From a virus (taxonomy: Duplodnaviria > Caudoviricetes): DNA of 64,000 nucleotides. Made by a program: the position numbers and the translations under genes. The stretch lies in the IMG/VR virus record IMGVR_UViG_3300020576_002361, positions 14,976 through 78,975 of that record; one strand, 5' to 3'. The notes beneath the pieces are model-generated. The model ran no database searches. It was not told where the DNA came from and saw only the letters and a program-made list of their open reading frames with translations. Positions 17,265 through 27,687 of this stretch are shown in pieces; within the stretch, counting starts at the first letter, position 1, and every line of letters starts with the position of its first letter.

Positions 17265-18146
17265 TTATTTCCTTTTATCAAGCCATTCGAAAAGATTTAT
17301 AGTTGGTTTCCAATCTAACTTCTGCCTAATATTATTTATATCTGCCAGTGTGTCCTTTGCCTCGCCTGGTCTTTCTTCATGAAACGTTATATTAGAATTG
17401 ATAAACTTTGCAATATCCAAAATAGAATAATTTTTACCAGATCCTACGTTAAAAATTTCTCCGTTTATGTTACTATTATAATTCATAGCAAGTATATTAG
17501 CACTTATTACATCATAAACATGGATAAAATCTCTTCTTTTAGATCCATCTCCCATAATGTGGAGCATATTTTCTTTGTTTTGTTCCAAAAACAATCCAAT
17601 AACAGGGCAATATTGGCCCTTTATTGGCGATCTTTCTCCGTAGACATTGAAATATCTAAAAATACAAGTATCTAATCCATACAGAGAAGAATACATTTTA
17701 CAGAATTGTTCGCCTGAATATTTACTTACAGAGTAAGGATTTAAACAATCTATAGAGCATAATTCCGATGTAGGCAATTCATTCGTGAGGCCATATACAG
17801 ACGAAGTTGACGAATACAAAAATCTTTTTACTCCATAATACCTAGATTGTTGAAGTAGATGTACAGTACCCAAAACATTTGTCTCAGACGCTAAAATCGG
17901 ATTTTCTATAGCCAAAGGAATTCTAGATTCGGCCGCTAAATGAAATACGTAATCTATTTTACCTATTTTTTCAAAAGAAAAATCAATTATGTTTTCTTTA
18001 TAGTACGTTGCATTTTTGTTGTAATAAAAACAATCGTTACATCCAGATAGATTATCTACAACATAAACATCATTTCCATCGTCTATTAACCTATCAACCA
18101 AATGCGATCCTATAAATCCATTGCCACCGGTAACAAGACATTTCAT
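17265..18146 (-). CDS. NAD-dependent epimerase/dehydratase
   Basis: VTGGNGFIGSH, SSTSSVYG, YSVSK, RYFNVYG. Confidence 0.93.
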   Translation of the reverse strand: MKCLVTGGNGFIGSHLVDRLIDDGNDVYVVDNLSGCNDCFYYNKNATYYKENIIDFSFEKIGKIDYVFHLAAESRIPLAIENPILASETNVLGTVHLLQQSRYYGVKRFLYSSTSSVYGLTNELPTSELCSIDCLNPYSVSKYSGEQFCKMYSSLYGLDTCIFRYFNVYGERSPIKGQYCPVIGLFLEQNKENMLHIMGDGSKRRDFIHVYDVISANILAMNYNSNINGEIFNVGSGKNYSILDIAKFINSNITFHEERPGEAKDTLADINNIRQKLDWKPTINLFEWLDKRK

Positions 18147-19120
18147 AGATAATTCCCTAATATCTTAGATCCACTATAATCGACAGCAAATTCTAATTTG
18201 GAATACCCTATACTATTCATATATTCTTCCAATTTTCTATGGTTCTTATAAACATATACCATAAAAAACCCTCCGCCTCCGGCTCCTATTATTTTACCAC
18301 CAAGAACATTATATTGCTTTCGTAAATGCTCATATAAGGTATCAAAAGAATTTACAGAAATGTTAGACGAAAGTTTCTTTTTCAACTCCCAATATTCATG
18401 CATGAGTATACCATATTCATCGAAATTTTGACATTCTATAATTTCAAGCGTTTTATAACCATATTCTTTTATTTTCAATAATAAATCTTCTGTATTACCC
18501 TTCATCTTTGATTGTTCTTGTAATACATCTGATGCATTCCTTTGTACGTTTAAGTAATAAACTTGAATATTAGATAAAAATAAACTAAAATTCGTGTGTG
18601 AAATATTAATGTTCTTAACATTAACATTTCCATATGAATCTATAGTCAAAGTTTTCAGACCACCATACGAAGAAATATATTGATCTTGTTTACCAACTGG
18701 TTCATGTAATTTGTTGATTTCTATATCACATGCCTCTTCTGCTATTTCGGTAGGATGTCTAGATATTCGTTTGAATTCTCGCAAGGTATTGATCATTCCT
18801 ACCAAAAAGCTACCAGAAGATCCTAGTCCAGTATTGGTTGGCACATCTGCTATACTGCATATTTCCGCCGAAGTAATTTGATTCCTCAACAAAACTTCTC
18901 TTGCTCTTGTATTTTTTAATTCCGAGACATTTTTTACTTTTTCGTTTTCAGAATATCTCAGTATTATAGTATTATCAAATACGTTTGGCTTGAAAGTTAT
19001 GTAACAATACTTATCTATAGCCATTGTCACTACAAATCCACCATGCCTTTGGTAGAAGGAAGGCAGATCAGTTCCACCACCACCCAGTGTCATACGAAAA
19101 GGAGATCTTGATATAATCAT
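18143..19120 (-). CDS. hddA: GHMP kinase, D-glycero-alpha-D-manno-heptose-7-phosphate kinase-like
   Basis: SRSPFRMTLGGGGTDLP, PTNTGLGSSGS, VGKQDQY, GKIIGAGGGGF. Confidence 0.85.
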   Translation of the reverse strand: MIISRSPFRMTLGGGGTDLPSFYQRHGGFVVTMAIDKYCYITFKPNVFDNTIILRYSENEKVKNVSELKNTRAREVLLRNQITSAEICSIADVPTNTGLGSSGSFLVGMINTLREFKRISRHPTEIAEEACDIEINKLHEPVGKQDQYISSYGGLKTLTIDSYGNVNVKNINISHTNFSLFLSNIQVYYLNVQRNASDVLQEQSKMKGNTEDLLLKIKEYGYKTLEIIECQNFDEYGILMHEYWELKKKLSSNISVNSFDTLYEHLRKQYNVLGGKIIGAGGGGFFMVYVYKNHRKLEEYMNSIGYSKLEFAVDYSGSKILGNYL

Positions 19121-19824
19121 AATTCAAATCCAGCTTTTACTGCATCATTATAAAACATCTTAACCGTCTCTAGAGAATATTCTTCCAAATCTTTCCCACG
19201 TAACTCATTGAATTTTGTAATTAAATCAGAAGGCACGGTAATGATATCGCAACTAATAGCATCAGCTTGGTATATATTATACACTTCTCTCGGAGAAGCC
19301 CATAGCACTTCGACATTATCGGATGGCTTACACTCAACCGCATGAAGTATACTTACGGTGGGATTTATACCAGTATCCGCGATTCTTCCACCAAAAATCG
19401 ATATTACAGATTGGATGCTAGTATTTAGAGACTGATATACACTATCAATTTGCTGCTCAGTGAATACAGCCGTAACATTTAATTTAATACCAGAATTCGA
19501 TAATTCTCGTATAAGATTGTATGATGTTTGTTTTTTTGTATTCATTACTGGTATTTTGACATATACGTTATCAGCTAGATCAGAAAGTATCTTTGCCTGC
19601 CTATGCATATCATCAAAATCATCTGCGAAAACTTCAAATGAAATCGGGCATTCCTTGACTGTTGCCAGCACACGTTTAGCGAACCCAATATAATCAGAAA
19701 CTCCAGATTTTCGCATCAAAGTTGGGTTTGTAGTAAATCCACTGATTCCATTAATAGATCTATTATTGTAAATATTTGTAATTTGATCGTAATCGGAACC
19801 GTCAGCATAGATTTTAATTTTCAT
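19117..19824 (-). CDS. tal: Transaldolase (short type)
   Basis: GFTTNPTLMRK, ISFEVFADD, VYVKIP, LNVTAVF, SIFGGRIADTG, LWASPRE. Confidence 0.92.
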   Translation of the reverse strand: MKIKIYADGSDYDQITNIYNNRSINGISGFTTNPTLMRKSGVSDYIGFAKRVLATVKECPISFEVFADDFDDMHRQAKILSDLADNVYVKIPVMNTKKQTSYNLIRELSNSGIKLNVTAVFTEQQIDSVYQSLNTSIQSVISIFGGRIADTGINPTVSILHAVECKPSDNVEVLWASPREVYNIYQADAISCDIITVPSDLITKFNELRGKDLEEYSLETVKMFYNDAVKAGFEL

Positions 19825-20435
19825 AATTTATGTCCATAAAAACAATCATTTTCGTTTGCCATTCCTAGAAATTTATAACCATACGGCTTCAAAAAATCAT
19901 GCATTCTATCTTTTCTAAATTGAAAAGTAGATGTCTCTATTCTCATAAATTTAGGCGGGTTTTTTGCAAAATCAAGCCCTTTCAAAACTTGTATTTCATA
20001 ATCTTCTACATCAAGAGAAAGGTAATCAATATGAGAAATATTGTGTTTATCTAGTATGGACTGTAAGGTGAATGCAGGCACTTCTATATTGACTCGTTGT
20101 CGTTTTTCTAGTAATGCATTTATAGATTCGATACAAGAACAATACTCCGCATCCTTAGTTATTTGCCCGCTGAGGCTATCGCCCACAGAATTTTCTACAA
20201 AATTTCCACAAATAGTAGGTTCTGTATAATCAGCAGAAACTAAGGCTCCGTGTTCGATTATGTTGGTAGTACTTCTGTTTTTTAGACACTCTGTATATCT
20301 GTAAAAATTAGGCTCTACTAAAATTCCAGACCAACCTAATTCCTTTTCAAGATGTAATGTATTCGACTGATCTATACCGTTATTACACCCAGCTTCTATG
20401 TAAAAACCATTGCGAAAATTCAAATATTCCAACAT
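19821..20435 (-). CDS. FkbM-family methyltransferase
   Basis: YIEAGCNNGIDQSNT, WSGILVEP, YLSLDVEDYE. Confidence 0.88.
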   Translation of the reverse strand: MLEYLNFRNGFYIEAGCNNGIDQSNTLHLEKELGWSGILVEPNFYRYTECLKNRSTTNIIEHGALVSADYTEPTICGNFVENSVGDSLSGQITKDAEYCSCIESINALLEKRQRVNIEVPAFTLQSILDKHNISHIDYLSLDVEDYEIQVLKGLDFAKNPPKFMRIETSTFQFRKDRMHDFLKPYGYKFLGMANENDCFYGHKL

Positions 20436-21058
20436 TATTTTTTCCTCAACAAAGTATGGAATGAGTCTCCATATCTAACTTTATTTGCAAACGGCAATTC
20501 AAAAACTCTAAAATACTTAGGAAGAATTTCATTAAACCATATTTCTTTAGGAAATACGCTTTGGTGTAATGCATGTCCGTTTATTACATCGGGATTAGGA
20601 GCAATACTGGCGCAAAAAATGGAATCATCGTGCATGTGGTTCAGTATATTGTTAAAAAAAGATTCTAAATCATCGGGATGTATGTGTTCAACAACCTCCC
20701 ATGAGGTGATCAAATCAAACATAATTTGTTCGGAATTATCCAAAACTTTATACTCTTTCGTGGCGTCACACGTAAAGAGAAGTTTATTATAGAATTCTGG
20801 CCAATTAGCTCTTGCGTGTTTTACACTATAATCGCTTCCTTCTATACCTACCGCAAGATGTCCCCTCCTATGAAAATCTATAGTAAGTTGACCACCTGAG
20901 CAACCAACGTCTAACGTCTTTATTTTCTTGTGCCCAAAGAACTTTTCTATTTCAAAAATAAATCCATAATCAGTTGTATTATCCCGCATCGTCCCCCACG
21001 GGCATATATGATCGGGTGAATTATATGCAACCGGATACTTGGTGTCAACACGAATCAT
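20435..21058 (-). CDS. Class I SAM-dependent methyltransferase
   Basis: LDVGCSGG, IEGS, DLITSWEVVEH. Likely start MIRVDTKYP at 21058 (ATGA overlap with gmhA). Confidence 0.85.
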   Translation of the reverse strand: MIRVDTKYPVAYNSPDHICPWGTMRDNTTDYGFIFEIEKFFGHKKIKTLDVGCSGGQLTIDFHRRGHLAVGIEGSDYSVKHARANWPEFYNKLLFTCDATKEYKVLDNSEQIMFDLITSWEVVEHIHPDDLESFFNNILNHMHDDSIFCASIAPNPDVINGHALHQSVFPKEIWFNEILPKYFRVFELPFANKVRYGDSFHTLLRKK

Positions 21059-21618
21059 TTCGATTTTTCCTTTATAATAGATACAACCATATGCCAAATT
21101 ATACTCTGCCATTCTTCTGCGTGCGGGGTAATTCTACTATCAACTATAGTAGGAATATGTACACAAGCATTAGAACACTTCTTTGCATATCCACCATCAC
21201 GGCCAACTATAGATAGTATAGATGCACCGATCTTTTGTGCATATTTCATACAAGATACCAAATTAACTGAAGTGGTCTCGGAACCTCCCCCAACGCTCAA
21301 AACCAAAACCATATCATTCTTTGAAAAAGAAGAAACTTTAAGCCAATTGACATAACATAATTCCCAGCTTTCATCATTAATTCTCGCGGTGAGTTCAGAA
21401 ACATTATCTGTCACACAATACGACTCTATTCCTAATATTTTTCGGAAATCATTTACAGCATGAGAAGAATTTCCGGCACTTCCGCCAACCCCCAAGATAA
21501 AAAGCCTACCGGCATTTCTTTTTAGTGTTTCGATTTGATAAATAAAATCTTCGATGCTATTTTGATCAATCGAATCGGCAATGTTCTTTACTTCATTCAA
21601 ATACAATTGTATGCTCAT
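21055..21618 (-). CDS. gmhA: SIS-domain phosphoheptose isomerase
   Basis: LFILGVGGSAGNSSHAVNDF, ELTARINDESW, LSVGGGS, TPHAEEWQ. Confidence 0.85.
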   Translation of the reverse strand: MSIQLYLNEVKNIADSIDQNSIEDFIYQIETLKRNAGRLFILGVGGSAGNSSHAVNDFRKILGIESYCVTDNVSELTARINDESWELCYVNWLKVSSFSKNDMVLVLSVGGGSETTSVNLVSCMKYAQKIGASILSIVGRDGGYAKKCSNACVHIPTIVDSRITPHAEEWQSIIWHMVVSIIKEKSK

Positions 21619-21623
21619 GATTA

Positions 21624-22316
21624 TTACTCCAATACAAAGCAAGCCTGCGAATAATCTCTGCCTGGATGAAATGCTAAAATCTTATATTCAAATCCAGTTT
21701 TGAGTAAAAACTCTGCAAATGCCTTAACTTCATGATTTTTGTCTTTGAACTCTGGATATCCAGGAAAGTCATCAAAACAAATAACCGTTCCTTTAATGAA
21801 CCTAGATTCCAATTGTTCAAAAATAGTCTTAGCAGAGCTATACAAATCGGAATCTATATGAATAAATGAAATAGATTCCTTATTATTTTTAATAAATTCG
21901 GGAATAGTCTTCTCGAAAAAACCAGCATACAATCTAACATTCGTAGGCCAAGGAATAGTTGCCCGAGTTGGAGAAGAATCGTACATTCCTGGATTTGAAA
22001 ACTCGTTACTTAAATCTATAGCTCCATCAGGAACTTTGCCATTTAAGGAATAAACACCCAAAGGATTATTTGCATCCCAGTGTTCATGCAATCCATAAAA
22101 ACTATCAAAACCATGAACTATGTTATCTGTATTTTTTGCTATATGCTGTATAGTCTTTCCTCTATAAACTCCCATTTCCAACCACAATCCCTGTAATGTC
22201 GGGTATGTGGTACACTGATACATCCAAGTTTTATGGTTATCTAATACTGTTTTAATCCAAGGTGCTTTATCTAACGTAGACAATATTTCATCAATTTTTT
22301 CATTTACTGTCATCAT
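21624..22316 (-). CDS. TylF/MycF-like O-methyltransferase
   Basis: LEMGVYRG, HGFDSFYGL, GFFEKT, IHIDSDLYSS, CFDDF. Confidence 0.85.
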   Translation of the reverse strand: MMTVNEKIDEILSTLDKAPWIKTVLDNHKTWMYQCTTYPTLQGLWLEMGVYRGKTIQHIAKNTDNIVHGFDSFYGLHEHWDANNPLGVYSLNGKVPDGAIDLSNEFSNPGMYDSSPTRATIPWPTNVRLYAGFFEKTIPEFIKNNKESISFIHIDSDLYSSAKTIFEQLESRFIKGTVICFDDFPGYPEFKDKNHEVKAFAEFLLKTGFEYKILAFHPGRDYSQACFVLE

Positions 22317-23007
22317 AAATCCTTTTTCTTAATTCACTAGAAGACCAATCATGATTTCTATCATGATAGTATATATTCTTACACCACTCTTCGCCTGTTA
22401 TAGGTTTTCCTTTGCAATCTGATCCTAATATTCTAATATCTGGTTTTATTTTACATAATATATTTTTTAAATCCTCTTCTGTATGATATATTATAATTTC
22501 ATCTACATTTCTATTAGATTGTAACTGTAACAATCTTTCATCCAGACTTTGTATGGGCTTATTTTTACTAGGTCTTTCTACACTCGGGTCGTCATGAAGG
22601 CCTGCAATTAGATAGTCGCATACTTTTTTTGCTTCATTCAAATACAAGCAATGTCCGGCGTGGAGCAAATCAAAACAACTAGCAACAAATCCAACCAATC
22701 TAATATCATTATTTTTGCGCCAATCTATACTATTTATGGCCTTATCGTCAATAAAGCAGTCATAACTTGGCTTTTTCAATATCAATCTATGATATTTTAG
22801 ACCCCAAGATTTCAATTGCGATTCTGTCAATTCTCTGTAATCTATACCAGAAGTACTACCTCTTGCTGTAAAAATTGTTATATCATGCCCGCTATTATAC
22901 AAACCATTGATGAAAGATATTACCTTATCATAAGGAATAGCTTCGCTGTATATACGAGAAGACGGGGTTAAACATATAGTTTCATCTAAATCAAAGCAAT
23001 ATTTCAT
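22300..23007 (-). CDS. HAD phosphatase + cytidylyltransferase-like fusion
   Basis: FDLDETIC...FTARG...FIDDKA (HAD) followed by ASCFDLLHAGH...LIAGLHDD (HxGH nucleotidyltransferase). Confidence 0.88.
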   Translation of the reverse strand: MKYCFDLDETICLTPSSRIYSEAIPYDKVISFINGLYNSGHDITIFTARGSTSGIDYRELTESQLKSWGLKYHRLILKKPSYDCFIDDKAINSIDWRKNNDIRLVGFVASCFDLLHAGHCLYLNEAKKVCDYLIAGLHDDPSVERPSKNKPIQSLDERLLQLQSNRNVDEIIIYHTEEDLKNILCKIKPDIRILGSDCKGKPITGEEWCKNIYYHDRNHDWSSSELRKRIYDDSK

Positions 23008-23684
23008 TTGACTTTCTCATAAAAAGAATCTGCGCAGGCTGTAATAAATTTTCGATATCCAAACTCGGCAAGATAATTTGCAACCCCACCCTCATCATTA
23101 TTCTCACAACTGATAAGCCCAACGCTGTAATTTCGCAAGTCAAGACCTCGCAAAATCTCCAATTCGTGTCCTTCGCAATCAATTGAAAGATAATCGACGT
23201 GTTGTATGTTATTATCTTTCAATATACTATTCAAGGTAAGACAAGATACATCAGTTTTTTTTAGTTTACTTCCGTGTATTATCAATTCCTTTTGGATTCT
23301 TTCTTCCGACGCAGCATCAACGCACGAAGCAAGTCGAGAAAGACCGTTTGCACCAGTATCAATTTCATAAAATTTGGCTATACCCTCTGACGAGGCACAA
23401 GCACAATCATAGAATTTATTCTTATCCGAGCTTCTATTTTTTGTCAATTGCTCAAAGAGATACTTATTTGGTTCAATACAAATTCCACTCCATCCATAGA
23501 AATCCTCCAACATAAGAGTATTGTCCCATGCAATACCATCATTGGCTCCAACATTCACATAAAATAGATCTCTTTTACCATGATAATACCGTACAGGGAT
23601 TTCGGCTGGTTGTGGCCTTTGGATGCCGCAATCTCCATTAAATCCGGGGTATTTCCTTAAAAATTCTTCCAAAGGAACATTCAT
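23004..23684 (-). CDS. FkbM-family methyltransferase
   Basis: VNVGANDG..DNT, WSGICIEP, YLSIDCEGHE. Confidence 0.88.
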   Translation of the reverse strand: MNVPLEEFLRKYPGFNGDCGIQRPQPAEIPVRYYHGKRDLFYVNVGANDGIAWDNTLMLEDFYGWSGICIEPNKYLFEQLTKNRSSDKNKFYDCACASSEGIAKFYEIDTGANGLSRLASCVDAASEERIQKELIIHGSKLKKTDVSCLTLNSILKDNNIQHVDYLSIDCEGHELEILRGLDLRNYSVGLISCENNDEGGVANYLAEFGYRKFITACADSFYEKVK

Positions 23685-24754
23685 TTTATAGCACTCTCCA
23701 ACGCATTACAAATTGCGGTTTTAACTGTTGTGTACTCATATTTATCCTTGTATTTTTGAAGAACCGCGAGAGAAGATGTATTACGATACGCGTCATCGTT
23801 TCGCAAACGAATCATTTCGTCAGTATATTCTTCTATGCTGTTAGCAATTTTATCACATCCCTACAACATTTCAACATGCCCCTGATCTACATCTGATGGA
23901 TGTGAAATAAGAGGCAATCCATGGGACATAGCTTCTATGATACAAGCAGAGCATACTTCGCCAAAAGGTTTTGCGTGCGTATAACAATTTATTGTTCGTA
24001 AGAATTTGTGAATAACTTCTGTATCCGATGTATGATTTAAAAAATGTACATTTTTAATGTTACGATCTTTGGCATACTGTTTATACTTATCACATCCACC
24101 AAGAAGAATAAAATGACTGTCTTGAATTCGAGAAAAAGCATCTAATGGAATGGTAGAAAATAATCCAGAATCATTTCGCTGATGAAACCCATAAACATAT
24201 TCAGAATCACCGATTCCAAAATCTTTTCTAAAATCATCATTCTGTTGCGGTGGAATAAAAACGATGGATGGAATAATATGTAATTTAGAAATATCTCCCC
24301 CGTTATGTATCCATTTTTTAGCCTGCCATTGGCAAAGTAAAATATACTTTACAATATTATTTTGTTTGTGTACGTGAACTCCATGAACAGTATCTACAAT
24401 AGGAGTCTTTGTAATATGGGTAAATGGATACTCTGGATATCCACCGCGTGCAGAAACTACTAAATCATAATCATTTTCATTGAATTTAGAAAACAAATCT
24501 GTTCCATACCACATAGAATTGCTAATCAGATCAACATGAACTGGAATTGTATTGATTCCAAAAGATTCAATGTATTGTTTTCTCATCGGATCATTTGGTG
24601 GATGCCGCCAATCGGTCCCTTCTGACGGAGCATTATTAGTGTAAAAATAATCTACAGAATGACCGCGTTCGGCCATAAAAGCAGCTATAGTTTGCAAATA
24701 TCGCTCGCCACCACCGGAACTCAATCCTGCCGTTTTAATAAATGCTATTCTCAT
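23681..24754 (-). CDS. GT4-family glycosyltransferase interrupted by an in-frame TAG at 23861-23863
   Basis: GGGERYL, EVCSACIIEAMSHGLPLI. After the TAG the frame stays open for 59 codons to a TGA that overlaps the next ATG. Confidence 0.8.
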
Positions 24755-24770
24755 TACTATTATTTCCTTA

Positions 24771-25445
24771 TTATCTCATTGATGTTTTATAAACACCGAT
24801 TTCCGAGCCTTGTAGAACCAACGGCGGCTCCCACCAATATACCTCGTGATTGTGAAGATCCATCTGGTAATTCAGCTCCCAATCAATACACAAACTAAAT
24901 GGAATAATAGTTTCAAGTAAGGTTTGACATGTTTCTTTTTTGATAACTGTCGCAGATACACATCTCGCCGCCGGATGCCCCTTTAAATAAACAGATTTGC
25001 CATCTACTATATTTTCCGCGTGTAAATTACAACCAGAGCCGAGAAATATCATATCATACGTTTTTGGAGTTTCCTCATACATTTTACGAAATTTTAAAAC
25101 AAAATCTGTATCCAAGATAGAATCGTCTTCTAAAATTAGAGCATAAGGATCATTTCCTTCAGCAATCTTCTTATAAACTTCTATATATTTAATGGTAACT
25201 GAGTAATCAGAAAGGCGCATCTCCCGTGGCTGCGCATGAGGAAACCACTTTTTGAATCTATTATATTGCTCTTCAAAAGACAAGTTACAATATTTTTCAA
25301 TAATATCATTCGTTAACTCATTACCATCAAAATCTTCATAAAAACCGTAATTTGAAAATCTATGAAACTTCATCTGACTAATCATCATATCTTTTCGTTT
25401 TTTTAATGTTTTACAATGGATGATGTAAGTTTTTAAGTCAAACAT
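24771..25445 (-). CDS. GT25-like glycosyltransferase
   Basis: TYIIHCKTLKKRK, ALILEDD, IDWELN. Confidence 0.8.
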   Translation of the reverse strand: MFDLKTYIIHCKTLKKRKDMMISQMKFHRFSNYGFYEDFDGNELTNDIIEKYCNLSFEEQYNRFKKWFPHAQPREMRLSDYSVTIKYIEVYKKIAEGNDPYALILEDDSILDTDFVLKFRKMYEETPKTYDMIFLGSGCNLHAENIVDGKSVYLKGHPAARCVSATVIKKETCQTLLETIIPFSLCIDWELNYQMDLHNHEVYWWEPPLVLQGSEIGVYKTSMR

Positions 25446-26341
25446 TTCTCAATAGCTCCTAATACATTAGATGGCAATATGCTTTCCGGTACTCTATTAT
25501 TAACAAACCAAGGCTCTTTGAGCATCGAAACATACAAATCAAAATCGGTATATACGTTTGTAATTTTTTCAAATACGTGTTCGTCACTTAAATCATTGGC
25601 ATTTATGAAGCTTTTTACGTTAAACTCTTCGGATACTCTGGGGCTTCCCCAATAAATTGGAATACTATTAGCAAACATCGGGTGAATCAACTTTTCTGTT
25701 GTGTACCCTTCTGATTGTGTGTGTTCAAATGCAACAGTAAACTTGAATTGTTTCAAAAATTGAAATTTTTCTATCGTATCGCTGCGTCCAGGAAGGCGAC
25801 TGCCGGTATTGTTATACATAGAACCCGCAGACACAATAGAATTTGGAAATACATTCATTAACTTTGGTACAAATGATACTCTGCGACCTGTTGGATTAGA
25901 TGATACAAAATTGCAAAATTTAGTCTTTGTTTTCAAATGAGATGTCATATCTATCTTTTTTTCAAGAAAAGCATCCAAAGAATAATGAAATGCATGATCT
26001 CTATTTGAATTATATGGTCGATTAAACCAATTAAAATACATCGCCCATAAAGGAAGACGATAATTTTTCCCATTCTCTACGTACGAAAATGTGAATGCCA
26101 AATCACATTCATCCCAATTTGGCAAACTATTTTCTCCCGTGTAATAAATCATCTTAGCTCTTGTACCCAAATATCGTTGTTTTTCATTCTTCCGATCATA
26201 GTCCACCGAGTAAAACACAATATCTGGATCAGTCTCATCTATAATTACTTTATACTTTGTAGATAGTAGATTGTAAAAATAGTTATCATCTTTGAAATGA
26301 TTAGCCCAGAAATCGACAAAATTAACTCGTAAAGTTTGCAT
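25433..26341 (-). CDS. GT10 (alpha-1,3-fucosyltransferase-like) glycosyltransferase
   Basis: KFCNFVSSN, FKFTVAFE, GYTTEKL...SIPIYWG. Confidence 0.85.
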   Translation of the reverse strand: MQTLRVNFVDFWANHFKDDNYFYNLLSTKYKVIIDETDPDIVFYSVDYDRKNEKQRYLGTRAKMIYYTGENSLPNWDECDLAFTFSYVENGKNYRLPLWAMYFNWFNRPYNSNRDHAFHYSLDAFLEKKIDMTSHLKTKTKFCNFVSSNPTGRRVSFVPKLMNVFPNSIVSAGSMYNNTGSRLPGRSDTIEKFQFLKQFKFTVAFEHTQSEGYTTEKLIHPMFANSIPIYWGSPRVSEEFNVKSFINANDLSDEHVFEKITNVYTDFDLYVSMLKEPWFVNNRVPESILPSNVLGAIEKCLT

Positions 26342-26981
26342 TTATAAAAATGAGCCCTCTATTGGAGAAGTGATTATCCCCATACTGTTTATTAAATGTT
26401 CTTCCATCAGATCTAGCAATTTCTTGCCATAACAAGGATTCTTCCTTATTATAAATTAATCCGTATTTTTTAAAGATATCAATCCAGTAGTCTTTCGATT
26501 TACAGTTAACATGATGATGCCCAGCCTGGCCAACGTCAGCATATGTAATGGCTGCTCTTTTTGATTGGGCAAATATTGTCATATAATTATCTTGAAACTT
26601 CTCTTCTACATGTTCAAGGAATTCGCACGACCAGGCTAAATCATAAATTTTTGAATCTTTCCATTTATCTCTAGAAAAATCATGCGCGATAATTTTATCT
26701 TTTACTACACTGTTTGACAAAACATATTCGGATCCATCTATTCCAGCGACAGTGGGGACATACTTTAAAAATTCTATTATAGAATATCCCATGCCACATC
26801 CAATATCGATGACAGATTGTACATTATATTTTTTGCACATTAATCTCCACATTAATGGTGTAAAAGTGGCTGGGTCATTTTCTGCAATAAATCCTCCCAA
26901 ATGACCCTCATCTATCATTGTTAAATTGTTACCAAGATTTATAGTTTTAATAATCCAACCTCCACTGTTGTCCAGCAGCAA
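26322..26981 (-). CDS. Class I SAM-dependent methyltransferase
   Basis: VIDIGCGMG, IDGS, DLAWSCEFLEHV, GHHHVN. Start position uncertain. Confidence 0.85.
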   Translation of the reverse strand: MLLDNSGGWIIKTINLGNNLTMIDEGHLGGFIAENDPATFTPLMWRLMCKKYNVQSVIDIGCGMGYSIIEFLKYVPTVAGIDGSEYVLSNSVVKDKIIAHDFSRDKWKDSKIYDLAWSCEFLEHVEEKFQDNYMTIFAQSKRAAITYADVGQAGHHHVNCKSKDYWIDIFKKYGLIYNKEESLLWQEIARSDGRTFNKQYGDNHFSNRGLIFINANFTS

Positions 26982-27687
26982 AATGCCTTATTATACAATT
27001 ATCCTTTTTACTTCTTGCTATATTGTATTGAAAAATACCATCAGGAATACTGTTTCTATCCTCAGACAAAATAGTAGAATTCCATTCTGGTCCAAGAATC
27101 TCTACATTATTATACAAATCATCCAGAGAATATTTTATCTTATTTTTAAAGAACTCGTCTTGTGTTTGATGCCATCCTCGGTGAGGAAGTATTCTGAAAT
27201 CAACCCAACTATGTCTAGGAACACCCGATAAGGTATACCATGCAGCCTGTTCGCGCCATAATTGCCACAATTCGGTATCTTTACATTCATTCCATAGTTT
27301 CTCATCTAATATAGACAAGATCATATCGTTAGTCCATTCCGTTATTCTCATAGAATAATTACCCATACAATGAGAATTTCCATTATCTATAGCATATGTA
27401 AAATTTTTAGAATGAGGATATTCTATACTGGTATCCTTTATAATCATATCAGCATCTAAGTGAAGTATTATGTCATTTTCTTTTACAATACCAGTTTGTA
27501 TCAAATGCAAAGGAACTGTAAATTTCCACCATGTAGGGTTATTTCTAAAAATTTCAATGCCTGATGATACGATGTATTCATACCCATGCCGCTGACAATA
27601 CTCTTTGTTTCTGGGAGAGTAATAGTTATCAAAGATTTCTTGCCTCTGATCTTTATAATTCGCAACTACCAGCATGAACTTTTTCAT
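26947..27687 (-). CDS. GT-A fold glycosyltransferase (GT34-like)
   Basis: EYCQRHGYEY, WWK, HLDADM (DxD), IRHFAAG. Confidence 0.75.
   Translation of the reverse strand: MKKFMLVVANYKDQRQEIFDNYYSPRNKEYCQRHGYEYIVSSGIEIFRNNPTWWKFTVPLHLIQTGIVKENDIILHLDADMIIKDTSIEYPHSKNFTYAIDNGNSHCMGNYSMRITEWTNDMILSILDEKLWNECKDTELWQLWREQAAWYTLSGVPRHSWVDFRILPHRGWHQTQDEFFKNKIKYSLDDLYNNVEILGPEWNSTILSEDRNSIPDGIFQYNIARSKKDNCIIRHFAAGQQWRLDY

Noticed and set aside
19117-19824. Cyanophage talC photosynthesis-linked AMG implying a cyanobacterial host
   Set aside because: It is embedded between hddA and gmhA in the glycan island, and no psbA, hli or cp12 genes are seen.
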